Shown here: piece by piece, positions 38,990 through 52,810 of the stretch | Layout of the letters: every line of letters begins with the position of its first letter | Position numbering within the stretch: position 1 is the first letter of the stretch | DNA from: Priapulus caudatus | Lineage: Eukaryota | NCBI RefSeq assembly: GCF_000485595.1 | Contig: NW_014577074.1 | Coordinates: 557,110 to 621,109, forward strand | Reading direction: 5' to 3' | Length of the DNA stretch: 64,000 nt | Made by a program: the position numbers and the translations under genes | The notes under the pieces: generated by a model | Told to the model about the DNA's origin: nothing | Databases searched by the model: none | What the model saw: the letters and a program-made list of their open reading frames with translations, nothing else

Positions 38990-41900
38990 CTAATTAGGGG
39001 CCGAGTTATAGAGCGTAAGGGAAATATGATCAAGGTCAATGTCAAGGTCAAATAAAAGTCGCAGTGACCTGGTTTTGGTACGTGACATACCTTTCCTCCC
39101 CAAGATGTGTAAGTATACCAAGTTTGGTAGTGCTAGTTCATTAGGGGCCGAGTTATAGAGCGGAAGGGAAATGATGAGGTCAAGGGTGCAAGGTCAAATA
39201 AAGCCGCAGTGACAGTGGTTTTGGTACGCGACAACCATTCTGCCGCAAGTATGTGTATAACCAAGTTTGAAAGACATACGACATGTCTCAATCCGCTCAA
39301 CCCTTCTATAAATCCATTACAGTGATTCGCCACCGTCGGTCGCTCAATTGTAAGAGAGTCTGCACACCTAATAGTCACACGAGGAGCGATGTCAACTTCA
39401 TATGAAAACTCCATTCCATTCGACGTTACAGCTAGATTCGCGCAAAAAGTCAGGATGCATGTATAGTGGACATGCTGACGACGGGCAGAGTGGAAGATAA
39501 GAATAAGCATCTATATATATATCAGGGTATCAAGGACAAGTGACGCCTCAAAAAATAGGAAAATAGGTATTTCAGATGTTAAACAAGTGGCGCGGAGCGA
39601 CAGCGCTCATCTAACGTCTACTGCGGTGACTGTGGGTGGGAGTGGCTGGTGCTGTGTGGGGTCTCGTACAACCCTGTTAGTCCAAATGTGTTACATACAA
39701 CACGCCGAAACAGTGGAAGGCACAGGGATGGTATCAGGAACCTTCTCACAAGGAATTTTCTTGGATCGTTATGAAAGTTGCTACGAGATGGCGGCGAACG
39801 TTTAAGTGTCATCAGATTAAAGATGCGAAGCTCCCATCGTACGTAGTACTAGTAGCAACAACTATTTGCAGAAGACAGAATGGTAGCACTCATCCATTTA
39901 CCTACGCAAGCCTACAGGCTAAAATAGGAGAGGTGCATGAACTAATAATCACGCAGGCAAAAACTACACAGTACCACCACCACATGCACTGGCAGTGCCA
40001 CTGCGTGGCATACGTTAATGTAACACGCGCCTGACAGTACAGAATGCAATCGAAATTATATGATTTAAGGAGCATAAACCTCTTCAACCCAAATTTAGCT
40101 TTTGAAATTTCACTGTGACATTGTAGCCTCATACATCCGCATGTATATGGATTCTACTAGCAAACCCGCAGTCAAGATTCTTTCTAAAGTAAACAAATTT
40201 ATCCATGTTTAACCGGCTGCTTTAAGGGTCAAAAGGTTATCCGACACTTACTGCTTGGTATGTTGCAGCAAAGTACATTTCATCGGTCTTTCAATAAAGG
40301 CATAAAAATGCTAGGTCACGCGCTGAAACACAAGTTTTTCAATCGCTGCCGTCGACACCATGTCCTCAGAATGTTCTAAAATCTGCCGGTGCCCATTGAC
40401 CTTTGACCTGTGGCCTCCAATTTCGGCACAGTGATGGCTTTTCCTACCATGATGGCATACACAGACTATCACGAGCACTATAGGTCGACGCGTTAGATTG
40501 TGCCGCAATTCTGCATTTCTCCTATACCTTAAGTTAAGGAGGGAATGTTCCCTTCTTTTACACCTCTTCACCTTTGACCTTTGACCCCCAGCCTTCGACA
40601 TCCCAACTCGTTTGATGATCCCCCGACGTCCCGAATAGGTGACCGTACCGTCAAGCGCGTTAAGATTTGTGCCCAACTGTTGACGCACGACGACGCACGA
40701 ACGCACGCACGGCGCGGCCCACGGACGGACGCCCGACGACATCGCACGCCTAATGCGATTCTACAAGCTGCATCTGACTATGTCAGATGAGCTAAAAATA
40801 GGAGGAAAATAGGAATTATGGTGAGAAATATATTGTTAAATAGGAATATTTGTTGCGTTAGATGGCCTCCCAACACCCCTAAGCCATCCCGATCCACCAC
40901 AAATGGTTTTATTAATATACATATTTGGAGTTACATCACATGCGAACAATATTTTGAGGTTTTTAATGAGAAATGCATGTTAAAATTGATTTCAGCAGTT
41001 ATACATGCATAAGCACCCATACATGTAGACTACTCCAAAATAGTATGACATACATGTATACATAAGCGGATCGGCTTTTTGAAGGTTTAGAAATAAGGGC
41101 ACTTTTATAAAAAGATGCCGAAGGCAGCTTATGCGACGTGTCTAAAGGCCGTCGAACACTACCCAAAAATCGATCCGATTAAAAAATCTCTTCATCGTTT
41201 GTAAAATCGGCTCATCGCGACGCTTCGATAAACACCCGCACACTTAAGATAAATTGATTATTTAAATCTCCATTTCGTTCGTCCACCCTTTGTCTATGGT
41301 AGGCGCCATTTTGAATGTCAATGTGACACAGGCACGTTCAGCTATTGGCTGTTCAATATTTATCGTAGAGGATTTTCTGAGTTCACGCGCACACCAAAAA
41401 TATTGTCGGATTACACACATCGCTTCAAAATAATCGTTCAAATCAAACATGTTTAATTTGAACGATCACCTGATAAAAATAATCGCAAGTAAAATTGTCT
41501 ACAAATGAACGCGCACACCTACCCGATATCGGCTGATTTTTATCGGGCCGATCAAATCGCGTGAAAAACTGGCTGGTGTGCGACGGCCTTTAGCACGTTG
41601 CCACTTAGGGGGGAGGGGGTACGTTAGGGGTCTCCACAAGAAAATTTTAAAATTGTACAGTTCTGAGAGCATCTGAGCAGTAATTTTGATGTCTAGAATG
41701 CAAGATGGAATTCCAAATTTTTAAGCAGAAAATTATCTTTATGTGTATCTTTTTGGGGTAAAAAAAGGGGGGTCCGGACCCCTGGGACCCCCCCTCTGGA
41801 TACACATACCACATCCACTGAGAAACAACTTTACTGAAATAAAATCTGTGATAGTAAGAGGTATATTACGTTAATTTAAAGTAAGGGGTGGTGGTCTGGG

Positions 41901-43050
41901 GTCCTCCCCCAAGATATTTTTGAAATTGTGTCACCTGTGTAATTCCTGCATTCTGAGAAGGATACATACAATTCTGGATTCAGAAAAATGAAAGCCCTCA
42001 AAAATAGGAAAAAAAAGGAATTTGTCCAGAAAATAGGACGAAATAGGAATTGCCCAGAAAATAGGAAAAATAGGAAATAGGAACTTGACGCCCTGATATA
42101 TAGACGGACAGAGATAATTGAACTACACAAGAAATGGCCCGACTGGACTAATTCAGCGCAAAAATATGGCCTTCCTTGTATAAGCCTTATACGTTCGTAT
42201 TAGTGACGTGCCGCCGGGTAACTAGGATGCTTCGCGGGCATAGCAACAGAGCCAAAGTTGTATTGCTCCACTCGGCTCTCAAGCTGAGTGGGCTTCGATT
42301 GGCTTTGGAGCAGACTTCAAGAGAGATTCGTTTTTAATGTTGTTTATTTAATACATGTTTTTCTCGTCTTCTACCATATTGTAAGTCAGCCTCTAAAAAG
42401 CAAAGGAGAAAAGATCTAACGGGAACTGGAGTGGAAACGAAAACCTAGTGGAACACGAGTATAGCCACCATTTGACCATAATAGCCATAATAGCCATATA
42501 GCACATCTTTGGAATATTGTTGATATATTTAGTAAATGAATGGCTGAGTTTTGGCTGACTCACTGTTTCTAGGGAACAATTCGGGTATTTATAATAACAA
42601 GCTGTCCATTCTACGACACGCACATGTTCAATTTTGTATGATGTAGAATTGATTGATTGGCAAAACGAGTGCGTTTTTCGTCAACTATGCGAAACCAACA
42701 AGACGAGAACACGGAATGGAAAGCGAATGAAGTGACGCTTAAAATTTCAAAACGCGAACGGTTTGTGCGGGTACAGTCTCGCACTAGGGAAGTAAGCTCA
42801 AGGATATATAGCGATGTACAATCGATTAAACGCTGAAAAGTAGATATAGATACAGCAGCAAACGATGCTTGGCACACGTTCGCCGCCCACAAATACGTGC
42901 TGCTTGATGTGAGTCTCTGCAATCTGCATGCCGATGATATAAAGGCCAGTGAATGGCCGCAGCGACTCGAATCAATATATTCAACGTAAAACTTTCAATT
43001 TGTAGCGAACACCGAATGTGCCACACACTGTTGCCGATACCCCCCCCCCC
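38990..43050. repeat. About 4-kb direct duplicate of 29061-33187
   Basis: Collinear near-identity with frequent 1-nt indels. Confidence 0.9.
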
Positions 43051-44672
43051 CGACACTGGTAAATGTGTTTGTGAATATGCACACTGAGTTGTTCATGGAC
43101 TTGTGAATAGTATTGCTTATAAGCTTTACAAGCACCCGCCCCCCCCCAACACAGTGCACACACACCTACATACACGCATCTGCTACATAAAGCACACATA
43201 GTAGCATTGCCCACGCAAATCCGATTGTTCCTCGTTATGTCCCACTTAAGATTAGTATAGCTCCTGGAAGTAGGTATGCCAGTTGTCTGTCAACGACTTT
43301 ATGTATGCAATGCAGTGCCTCTGGACTGTTGAACCTGTCTATAAGGTGGTGCTGCAGTCTGCCCATTTCCGGACAACGTATAATGATTACTATTTGCACA
43401 CATAACTCCAATTTGTCAACGTCGCACAAACTTATACTGACTCGTTAGAAAAAAAATTGGTCGTGTCGGCTGCCACGGACTGTTGCAATCTAAGCTCTTT
43501 GTTCACCTTTCTTGGTGTATTCGTGAGATTTCACGAATCGAGAAGGATTTCCGTTAACATACACGACAACAATCAAGGTTCCACGTTTTCTCGATGCTAT
43601 TATCTAGGTATTCCGCTGCCGTATTAGCGGAACAAAACATATCCACAGTCACGTCAAACGCGTGGGAGTAGCTGTTGATCCATCTCGTATAGTACGTACT
43701 GCGACGGAAGGTCATGCATGGGGTGAAGGAAACAGCGAGCTATAGCAATCGATATAAGTGTGTGAGTATATATTATGTACGCCTAACGATCTCTGGTCAG
43801 CCATACGAGCTGCACGTACGTGTGTGCGTGGGCGATCACGTGTACTGACCATTAGCAGCTGTGATCTCATCGATTTTCGTCGCAGTGGCCTTCATGCGTC
43901 GTAACGTTACTTTAACGCGAAAATTGGAAAAACACTAAAATTATTACGTGAGCATCGTGCGCAGCATCATTCACACGCATCTCAACGCTGCACTTGTTGG
44001 ATATATATAGCACCCCATGCTAGCCCGTCAGCCGTGGAAAATTACTGCGCAAATGTACCTATTGCAGTTACAACTCACTGGACCTCGCACTTCATTCGCT
44101 TGTATTAGCATTTAACATTACCTGCAAGATGTTGAAAACCCCGATTAGGTGTTTTCCCTCAAATAAAATTCAAACTTAGTATCCACAAGAGTTATTGCCA
44201 CTCACTGGGAAAAGTGATAAAATCAGGAGTAGATGAAGAGACGACAGATATATCTATATAGAGATATATTAATATTATTATATATAACATTGTATTTATT
44301 TATTCGTGTACTCCTGATAACATAAACGAAGATTCTCCTAGTGTAGGCGCACCATATTAAAGGTAATATGCTACCATCTATTTCTTCAAAAGCTTTCAGC
44401 CTATAGTGAAAATAATATCCACCAAACTCCATCGTTGAGTAACCGTTTGTTGGCCTGTGTGTCAATGTCATTGAACTTCGGGAACTGGCAATAGTCAATA
44501 TAGTGCCTTCCAAATAAGGGCTGCCATCCACCCATAACCATGACCGTTCAGGAATTTTTTACCCCCATATGACATAATTTATATAATTAAACAAACACTC
44601 ATTCATCAGTACGTATTCTACTATGCTTAACGAAGATGACGTGAAAATATAATGAAAGCGTCAATGACACTA

Positions 44673-45608
44673 TAGCTCACCTTGGGTGTGATAGAAGAGG
44701 GAGATGATATTTAAAATTTGGTAAGTGTTTCAATTATGACGGACCGAAATGTGATCAAATGTCCTTATTCCCTGTTTTATACTAATAGAAATGTTACTGT
44801 TTTGTTTCAAGGCTAGTTTTGATCTGAAAGTCTGAAATCTGGGCGAGAGATGGCGCTACGCCTAAATGATCACCATTTTGGTTTTCGATTATCGCGCAAA
44901 TAAAAGTAATATATTCCAGTCAAATTACTGTAATAAAGAATCTAAAACACAATATTACACGTAGGTATGAATATAGGTAGGTAGGTAGGTAGGTAGGTAG
45001 GTAGGTAGGTAGGTAGGTAGGTAGGTCAATTTAACAAAATCGAATGAATCTAGATGGCCATTTCCATTTTTGCCAAAAAGTGGGCGTGACTCGAAAGTAG
45101 GTTGACTGGCATGCTCCAAAATAGGACGTTCAAATCTCTCCCACAGGAGTAACAACTGTATGCAATTTTAAACATGTGGGTCAAACGGTTCTTGAGTTAT
45201 CGTTGACCGTAGGCAGACACTGAAATGCATAGTGAAATTGCCAAAATCTACCTAATTTGCATAATTTAAAAAAAATATCAAAACCCGTGTGATATGTTTT
45301 GGGACCAGTCCTTATTCATTCACATACCAAAAATAACCAAAATCCGTTGAGCCTGAACTGACTTAAGGCCATTTCCATTTTTGCCAAAAAGTGGGCGTGG
45401 CTCAAAAGTAGGCCAACGGGCGTGCCCCAAAATAGTACGTTCACACCTCTACCATAGGAGTAACAACTGTATGCAATTTGAAACATGTGGGTCAAACGGT
45501 TCTCAAGTTATCGTTGACCGTAGCCAAATGTTGACGGACGGACGGACGTACGATGGACAACGCCCCATGGCAATAGCCCATTTTGTCAATGTCAAGGTGA
45601 GCTAAAAA
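44673..45608. mobile_element. HINE-type element with two internal repeats and (GTAG)n
   Basis: Inverted ends tagctcacctt and aaggtgagcta. A unit of about 155 bp repeats at about 45056 and 45367; (ggac)n near the end. Confidence 0.55.
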
Positions 45609-46137
45609 TGGGTGGAATTAGAAGTGTAGTTACATTCAAAACTTGTAGTACTGAAACGACTAACAGATGAAGTCCACTGCGAATTATTTATTTTAAGGTT
45701 GTGGGATTTTATTTGCTTCTGCCTCTACATAATTCTATGACATAATGCTCTGGATTACGTTTATTTTGAGCCTTTTGTTCAGCAAGAATAGCCACGGGGA
45801 TTAATGTAGTAGCATTTTGTATTTTCCATTTCACAGAGAGGTGTCACATTTCTTGCTCATGCGAATTCAATGGGCTCGCCATTATTTAACGAAAACACTT
45901 CTAGCTTCGCTTGTATTTCAATTCATTGTTTACACGAGCTTTACTGCAATTTGTTAAAAATCATATGTCGAGATGAGAAATCTTTCGAAATCCCTCCAGG
46001 TAAAATTTGATATTAATTTGCGAACGAGAAACCATTCAACGGTGAGCTGAACAAATCGACAGTGAGATCGAATCTGCACATATCCCATTCCCAGCATAAT
46101 TAGTGAGTGCATGAGTAAGGATGAGGATTCTACGCAC

Positions 46138-46315
46138 CGATCCGCGATGAGGATGTGGCGCAGAATACACTGCGTGTAACTGTCGAACCAGGTGAACTTG
46201 TACTTGATGAGTCTCGTCACCTCTGCCTCGAGAATTCCCAGGCTGCTGAACTGCAGGTGATACTTGTGAGAATCCTGAGGTAAGAACCTGTCCTGGCAGT
46301 TGCCAAACAGGTCAT
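46138..46315 (-). CDS. PTPRN: IA-2/PTPRN-family exon (RESP18-homology domain core)
   Basis: Acceptor tttcttgcag| and donor |gtgcgt; 178 nt, phase 1 to 2. Encodes DDLFGNCQDRFLPQDSHKYHLQFSSLGILEAEVTRLIKYKFTWFDSYTQCILRHILIADR, resembling IA-2 DGLFGQCQ...LSWHDDLTQYVI. Confidence 0.92.
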
Positions 46316-49300
46316 CTGCAAGAAAGTAACGTGCGCTGTAGCTGAAAATGGCGCATTTAATCACGACGAACTTTTACACACCTTCAAGCTAGAAAAAGAA
46401 TGTCAGAATTGGGCAACAAACGTTTTGAATTGTGTAATGCTTATGTCAGGTTTTTCTAACTTTGCTGATTCAAAAGTTCCTGTCTTCCCTTTGTTTTCCT
46501 GGGTGTGTTTATGATACAAGTGTGTTGTATTAATGTTTAATGCTGTCACTTTCACACTCCCCAAGGAATAGAAAACCAATATCGTTAGTGGTAAATATAT
46601 ATCTTCACAAAACAGATAATCATGCCAGCTCAAATTATTGAGTCGAATTGATTATTTCAGTTGCTGTCACATGGGATTGCTATATCTGAAATATAATAAA
46701 ACCACAGCACTTTAAATATTTATATGCACATATTCTGGCTCCAAGTTCGTTTATAGTATCATCCTATTCAGTATTCGCCATTCGGATGCATTTCGTCTTT
46801 ATTCAAAATTTCTCTGTCGGTAATCTGGTTTTTATTGAAGGATACAATATACTTTTTGAGTGTTTTCAACAAGAGATAGAACTCTACGATGTTTTCAGAC
46901 TCCTGCGCTGTTTTAATTTTAGCTTCCTAATCAGTAAAAAAAATGTCGTTGCACTTCACATTCAGCAACATCTATAAATGAGAAATACTGACAGCATGTC
47001 ACACCAATGCGCTCGCCGCTCGCCAATGCACGTCAAGCCACCCACTCATCCATGGAGGCTGCAGAAACCTGCTTGTCAGTAATAGATGAAGCTGGCTTCA
47101 TTAATTTAACAATGGGATGAATAGGAAAGCAAGATAATGATGAATGGATGATAGTCACACGTATAAATTATTAATATTATTATTGTTATTATTATTATCA
47201 TTATTATTATCACTCCAAATATGTACTCACAGCGGATGCGCGTGTGCGCGTGTCTTTGTCTCTCTGTGAAAGTTGTGGCTACACTATGCAAGTTATTAAA
47301 GTTTATTCCGGTTACACACAAGTTTTGGCTTTATATCATCATTCCTGTTTACGCAGTCACTCGCGCATGCACACAGTCACACACCCACGCACGCACACAC
47401 CGTGACACGCATGCACCCACACACTCACCAGCTCGCCCACACTCCTGTATATATCGACGTGCTTCTCTTTGTATGTAATGAATTCCGTAAGGATCGGACC
47501 GACTGCCTGTAACTAAGCACGATCAACAGGATGTTGAGAGGAGCACTGGCTATATTGCCTTCTCCCATCATATATCTACAGAATACCTGCAGGCCGCACA
47601 CTACAGCAAAATTATTTTGTTCATTCTAATTATCTTCAAACACTAATAGTGATTTTGACATTACATACGATATCTCATCGATGAGATCTGAGACATGAGT
47701 GACTTCCTTGCTACGAAAACGTTATCCTTCGCATTATCGCGATTTAAAATTAGCACTCGCACTCTCGCAAAATGCGAAATCGCGAATGGAACATTTTAGT
47801 ACTTGTTCTCTTTGTGTAGGGGGGGGGGGCTATATGCAATGCTCTACATGGGAACCAGAAATTGTCAACTTGGCGACCAAAAAGCGCATCGCTGGTCACC
47901 AACTGCTTCACTCTGCGTTCACACGAGGATTTCAGTACCTTACTTGAGCGTTCACACGGCAAAAATACTAGTGGTCACCACTGAACTATAACAATATAGT
48001 TAAAATGTAACAATATAGTTATATATATATATATATATAACTATACATTGTTATAGATGAGTGGTGGTCACTGCAAACCAACCACTAGCTTGTGTAGTAA
48101 GGGCGCGCACGAGCTCGCTCGCAAACAGATATCGAGACAGACACCAGCGTGGCTCTCGCTATTAAGTGCCTGCTATTGAGTCAGTGCTTGCTGTCACATG
48201 CGCTACGACGTAGGACAGTCTAAACTAAGCTACATTCACAAGGCCCACGGTGCAGCGGCGGTGTCGATTGGTCGCGGGCACCGAGTTGTCTGCTGTGGTG
48301 ACAAGTATTTCTGTGGTGAATACAGTAGCGAATAAGACGTGTTACAGTACGAATGATAAAGAATTCGTAGGGGGTGAGTGAGTCTATCAGCGAGAAACAG
48401 ACTCCTTACGGAAGCTGCCCTATTGTAGAGCAGTTAGGAACTGAATTTGTTGTCCAGCTGATTGCCACAGTAAACGCCACTGTTGCACAACTTTACCAGT
48501 GATTGATGAGCTAAAGGCGTAAGGAGTCTGTTTCCGCTGCAGAGACTACACTCAACCCCACCTAGCCCGACTTTCTTTATCATTCGTCTGTAACAACGTC
48601 CTTATTCGCTCACCTGTAATTCACACCACAGAAATACTTTGTCACCAACAGCAGCACAACATCGGTGCCCGCGACCGGAACTCGACCAACAGGGGCCGCT
48701 CCCGTGCCCTTGCTGAAATGTCGCTTAGACTGCCCTGGCGATTAAGCGCCATCCGTGACATGGCAAGCACTGACTCAATAGCAGGCCACTTAATAGCAAG
48801 GAGCCACGCCTGGTGTTTGTCTCGACGATAACGCGGGCATGTCCGAGGCGCTAGCGGAGGATTGACACTTTGGTTCTGTCCAAATCAAGTCACGCCGCCC
48901 CTCTTATGATCAAAATTTGTGAGTACATTATCATTCGGACACGGAGAATCGCCGATCTCAGGAACTAGGGCAATTCTGCTAGCGTAGAAATCAAGGTTCA
49001 TACGATAGAGTTTGGCCAATATACACATAACACGCTGTTTGCGCACAGTTGCAAGCATTCTTTTCTTTCATTTCGCATATCTGTATGGCACGATAAGCCC
49101 CGCCTTATTGTTGATTGGCATGAATGGGGCGTCAAACGGTGAGCTGACTCCTGTACCCTACTGCCAGAGCCCGTTTGACTTTTCCGTATAATAAGAAATG
49201 CAACCCGCCGCGATTGCATTTCGCATCAAAGAGAAGAAAATTTTCTGCATTTTCACTCGCTATCCGCATAGTACAATCGAGCTCGCGTCATTCAGTAAAA

Positions 49301-52289
49301 ACATTTGTGTATTCCATAATCTCACTCTATGCTCTCTATAGGCTACTGATTTCCCACAATTCTGCTCTTCGTGCCCCNNNNNNNNNNNNNNNNNNNNNNN
49401 NNCCGCTGCGGGCTGGCTGATGTGAACACATCTGTTGCCGGACGTAACCAGCGCGGCTTTACTAGAATCACCACTCCAACGACAGAGTGACCGCAGTAGA
49501 TCGCTCTAGATGTGAGCGCTGTGCGCTATGGGCAGTTGTGCTGTTACTCGGAAGCTGCCCTATTGTAGAGCAGTTAGGAACTGAATTTGTTGTCCAGCTA
49601 ATTGCCACAGTAAACGCCACTGTTGCACAACTTTACCAGTGATTGATAGTAAAAAAATGGCCTAATACCCAGCTCTATATATTGACTTACAAGGTTGTCA
49701 AGTCAAGATTTTTAAGGGCTCCCAAAAGATGCTAAAATTACTAGACAAGTGGAATGTCACGGCCGTAACATTTGAACTAGGTGTGCGGCAATAAGGGTAG
49801 TTCGCAACTTCGCGACACACACCGCATCCGTATCACGGCACACGTTTCACGACAGGACACATAAATTAATCGCTATACTTTCAAGAGAGACCACTATGCT
49901 GTGCTGTGATTCATCACAATTTTGCTCAACCAAACAGTTTTTTGATTTGTCAGTTGTTCTAATACCTTCATTTTCATATAAAAGATGACCAATGTTCACC
50001 GAAACAGTCGACTGCTGGGATGAGGTCGATCGAGTGCTGATGCGAAGATCAGATGAACTTTTACACATTCATTTTGCTTCAACTTTCCAACCACCTTAGT
50101 AGACTGACTAGACTCACATGAAAAAAATGCAGCCTGAAAAGGTCATGCTGTTTAGTTGGCTAAAACGTGGGACTACATGCAGCCATTCAAAAAAGTGCTT
50201 ATTCATGAGTCGATTTTGCATGTAAATTATTAACCCATTTGCGAATAGTTTCAAACGTTTTATTCTAACCCTGATTATAGGCAATGGTTTTCACATTTCC
50301 ATCGTGCGATAATAATTGTGTGATGAAAATTGGCTCTTGATATAATATTAAAAGTAGATAATATAAATTGCTTTAGTTAATATTAGCTACTAATCAGTAA
50401 CATCAGCGAAATTCATTAATAAAATAACGCAAATATAATAGTTCAAAAAACAGAATTTTACGAAACTCAACCCAACGCAGCTGAAATCCATATGATAATT
50501 AATTATCGCATAGAATCGATAATTACAACATACCGGTACACAGTCGGAAAATAATTTTGCACCTAACGCTAACAACGCTAACCAACCGATATGCTCATTT
50601 TCTCTATCAGTTTTAAAACACTATATAGCCTCGTTCACACGAGACCTCGTATTTCGTAGGCAAGAAATTTCGGATATTAAGGCATCACAAGAGGCAAAAT
50701 GCGCGGACCAAAGAAAACGGTATTAACAGATGTCCGGTATTTGTTGAAATACGCGGCTTCCCAGACCCGATTTAATTTGGCCGTGCTTGAGAAATACGGA
50801 TTCTCTGGACGCGCATTTCCTGTGTGAACGCGCTAAATACGCGTATTTCGTGAAGGGCCGCGTATTTTATAGACTGGTCCGCGCGATCACTCGGGACAGT
50901 TTCGGCAGTGTAACGCGAGGGGACCTGTCGAGCGGGCCGGACCAGTCCTACGTATTTTATCGGAGTTGTGCGCGAATTGCATTTGTTTATCTTCGCGATT
51001 GTTTCGTTGATTGTTTAAAAGCAGCTCGCATGCTCGCAATACTCGTATTTATAGGCCGGAAGCCGAGTGAGCGGATTTTGGAGTGAAGTATTTTTTGGNN
51101 NNNNNNNNNNNNNNNNNNNNNNNTTAGTTACCTATTCGTGGTTGGGTGGTGTGGGTGTCTGTTGTGTGCCGTTGCGTGCGTTGCGTGAGTGCCGTTGCGT
51201 GCGTGGTCGTGCGCGTGCGCGTGGCAGTGTGCGTGCGGTGCGCGTGTGCGTTGTGCGTGTGCTGTGCGAGGCGGCGTCTGCGTGGCGCGCGGGGCAGCGG
51301 GTGGCGTGTGGACGGCTGATTGGACTGATGCTTTTTGAACTGAGCTTGGCTGTACCTACCTATTGGTCAGTGGGCAGCAGTCTGCCTTCACTAGTCTATT
51401 GCGTCAGTAATCACACCTCCCACCAGGCTTCAGCCACTACTGATCTCAATCAGTTGATAGAAAACCACTTAGTTGCATTAGCCTTCACCACGGGCCTGTC
51501 GTATACGTGCAATAGCCGCGTTCACACGTTAGGCAAGAAATTTTCGGTATTTAGGCATCACAAGAGGCGAAAATGCGGCGACAAGAAATACGGTATTAAG
51601 CAGATGCCGGCTATTTGTTGAAATACGCGGCTTCTCAGACCCCGATTAATTTGGCCGTGCTTGAGAAATACCGGATCTCTCTGGACCGCGCATTTCCTGT
51701 GCTGAACGCCGCTAATACCGTATCTCTCGTGAAGGCCGCGTATTTTATAGATGGTCGCGCTCCGACATGTTCCAGCTGTATCAACGGACTGGGGAACTGT
51801 CCGGAGGCGGGACTCAGTCTACGTATTTTATTCGGAGTTGAGTGCCGCATTGCTTCGCTTTATTTCGACATTTGCTCTCGCTTGACTTGTTTAAAGCAGC
51901 TCGCAGCCTCGCAAATACCCAGTACTTCTGGTTAGTCCGCCGAAATCAGGGTGTGAACGCTTCAGGCCGCGTATTTTGGTCTCAGATACCGGTAGTTTTC
52001 GCCAATACCGTATTTTCATAAATATTGTGAACGCGGCTATTGACGTATACATATACGACAGGCGTGTGAAGGCTAGTGCAGGTGTTACATCACTGATTGA
52101 ATTAGTAGTGGTGGTGAGCCTGGTGGGAGGTGTGATTACTGACCAATAGACTAGTGAAGGCAGCTGCGCCCACTGACAATAGGTAGGTACACGCAGCTCA
52201 GTTCAAAAGCATCAGTCCAAATCAAGCCGTCACACGCACCCGTGCCCGCGCCCACGCACGCGCTCGCACACGCACACGCACACGCACAC

Positions 52290-52358
<69 letters not shown>

Positions 52359-52517
52359 CCACGAATATGGTAATAAGGAATAGTCCCTTAAATGCATTGT
52401 TCAATACGGAAGTGAACATACATTCAACCAGGAGTTCTATAATTCAACCAGAAATTCAACTATGAATACAACCAGGTTCCCTATTATCTACTCCCGATTC
52501 AACTAATATTGTTGATA

Positions 52518-52810
52518 CTAGCCGGGCACCCGGCGTTGCTCGGCGAAAACTGCTTACGAACCACTTTCAGAGCAAATTCTGCCACTGCAAATTTGTGAAG
52601 CGTGAGTGTGAATTACGTTTTTTAAATTCCTCAAACTCCCAGCGAATCCTCCGTGTTTGCCACCGATGACACTGCATTGCACACGAATGCGGTGTGAGGG
52701 GGCACCATTGATGCCCCGTGGCAACACGAATGCGGTGTGAGGGGGCACCATTGATGCCCCGTGGCAACACGAATGCGGTGTGAGGGGGCACCATTGATGC
52801 CCCGTGGCAT
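52518..52810 (-). mobile_element. Helitron 3' end with three 43-bp tandem repeats
   Basis: a|ctagccgggcacccggcgttgctcgg is the same hairpin-plus-CTAG type as at 33786. The unit acacgaatgcggtgtgagggggcaccattgatgccccgtggca repeats three times from 52681. The 5' end was not located. Confidence 0.65.

Noticed and set aside
52681..52810. 43-bp repeats, and the 20-21 kb and 26.3-26.6 kb arrays, as CRISPR-like arrays
   Set aside because: Head-to-tail tandem units without unique spacers, inside transposon-like elements in eukaryotic DNA, with no cas genes.
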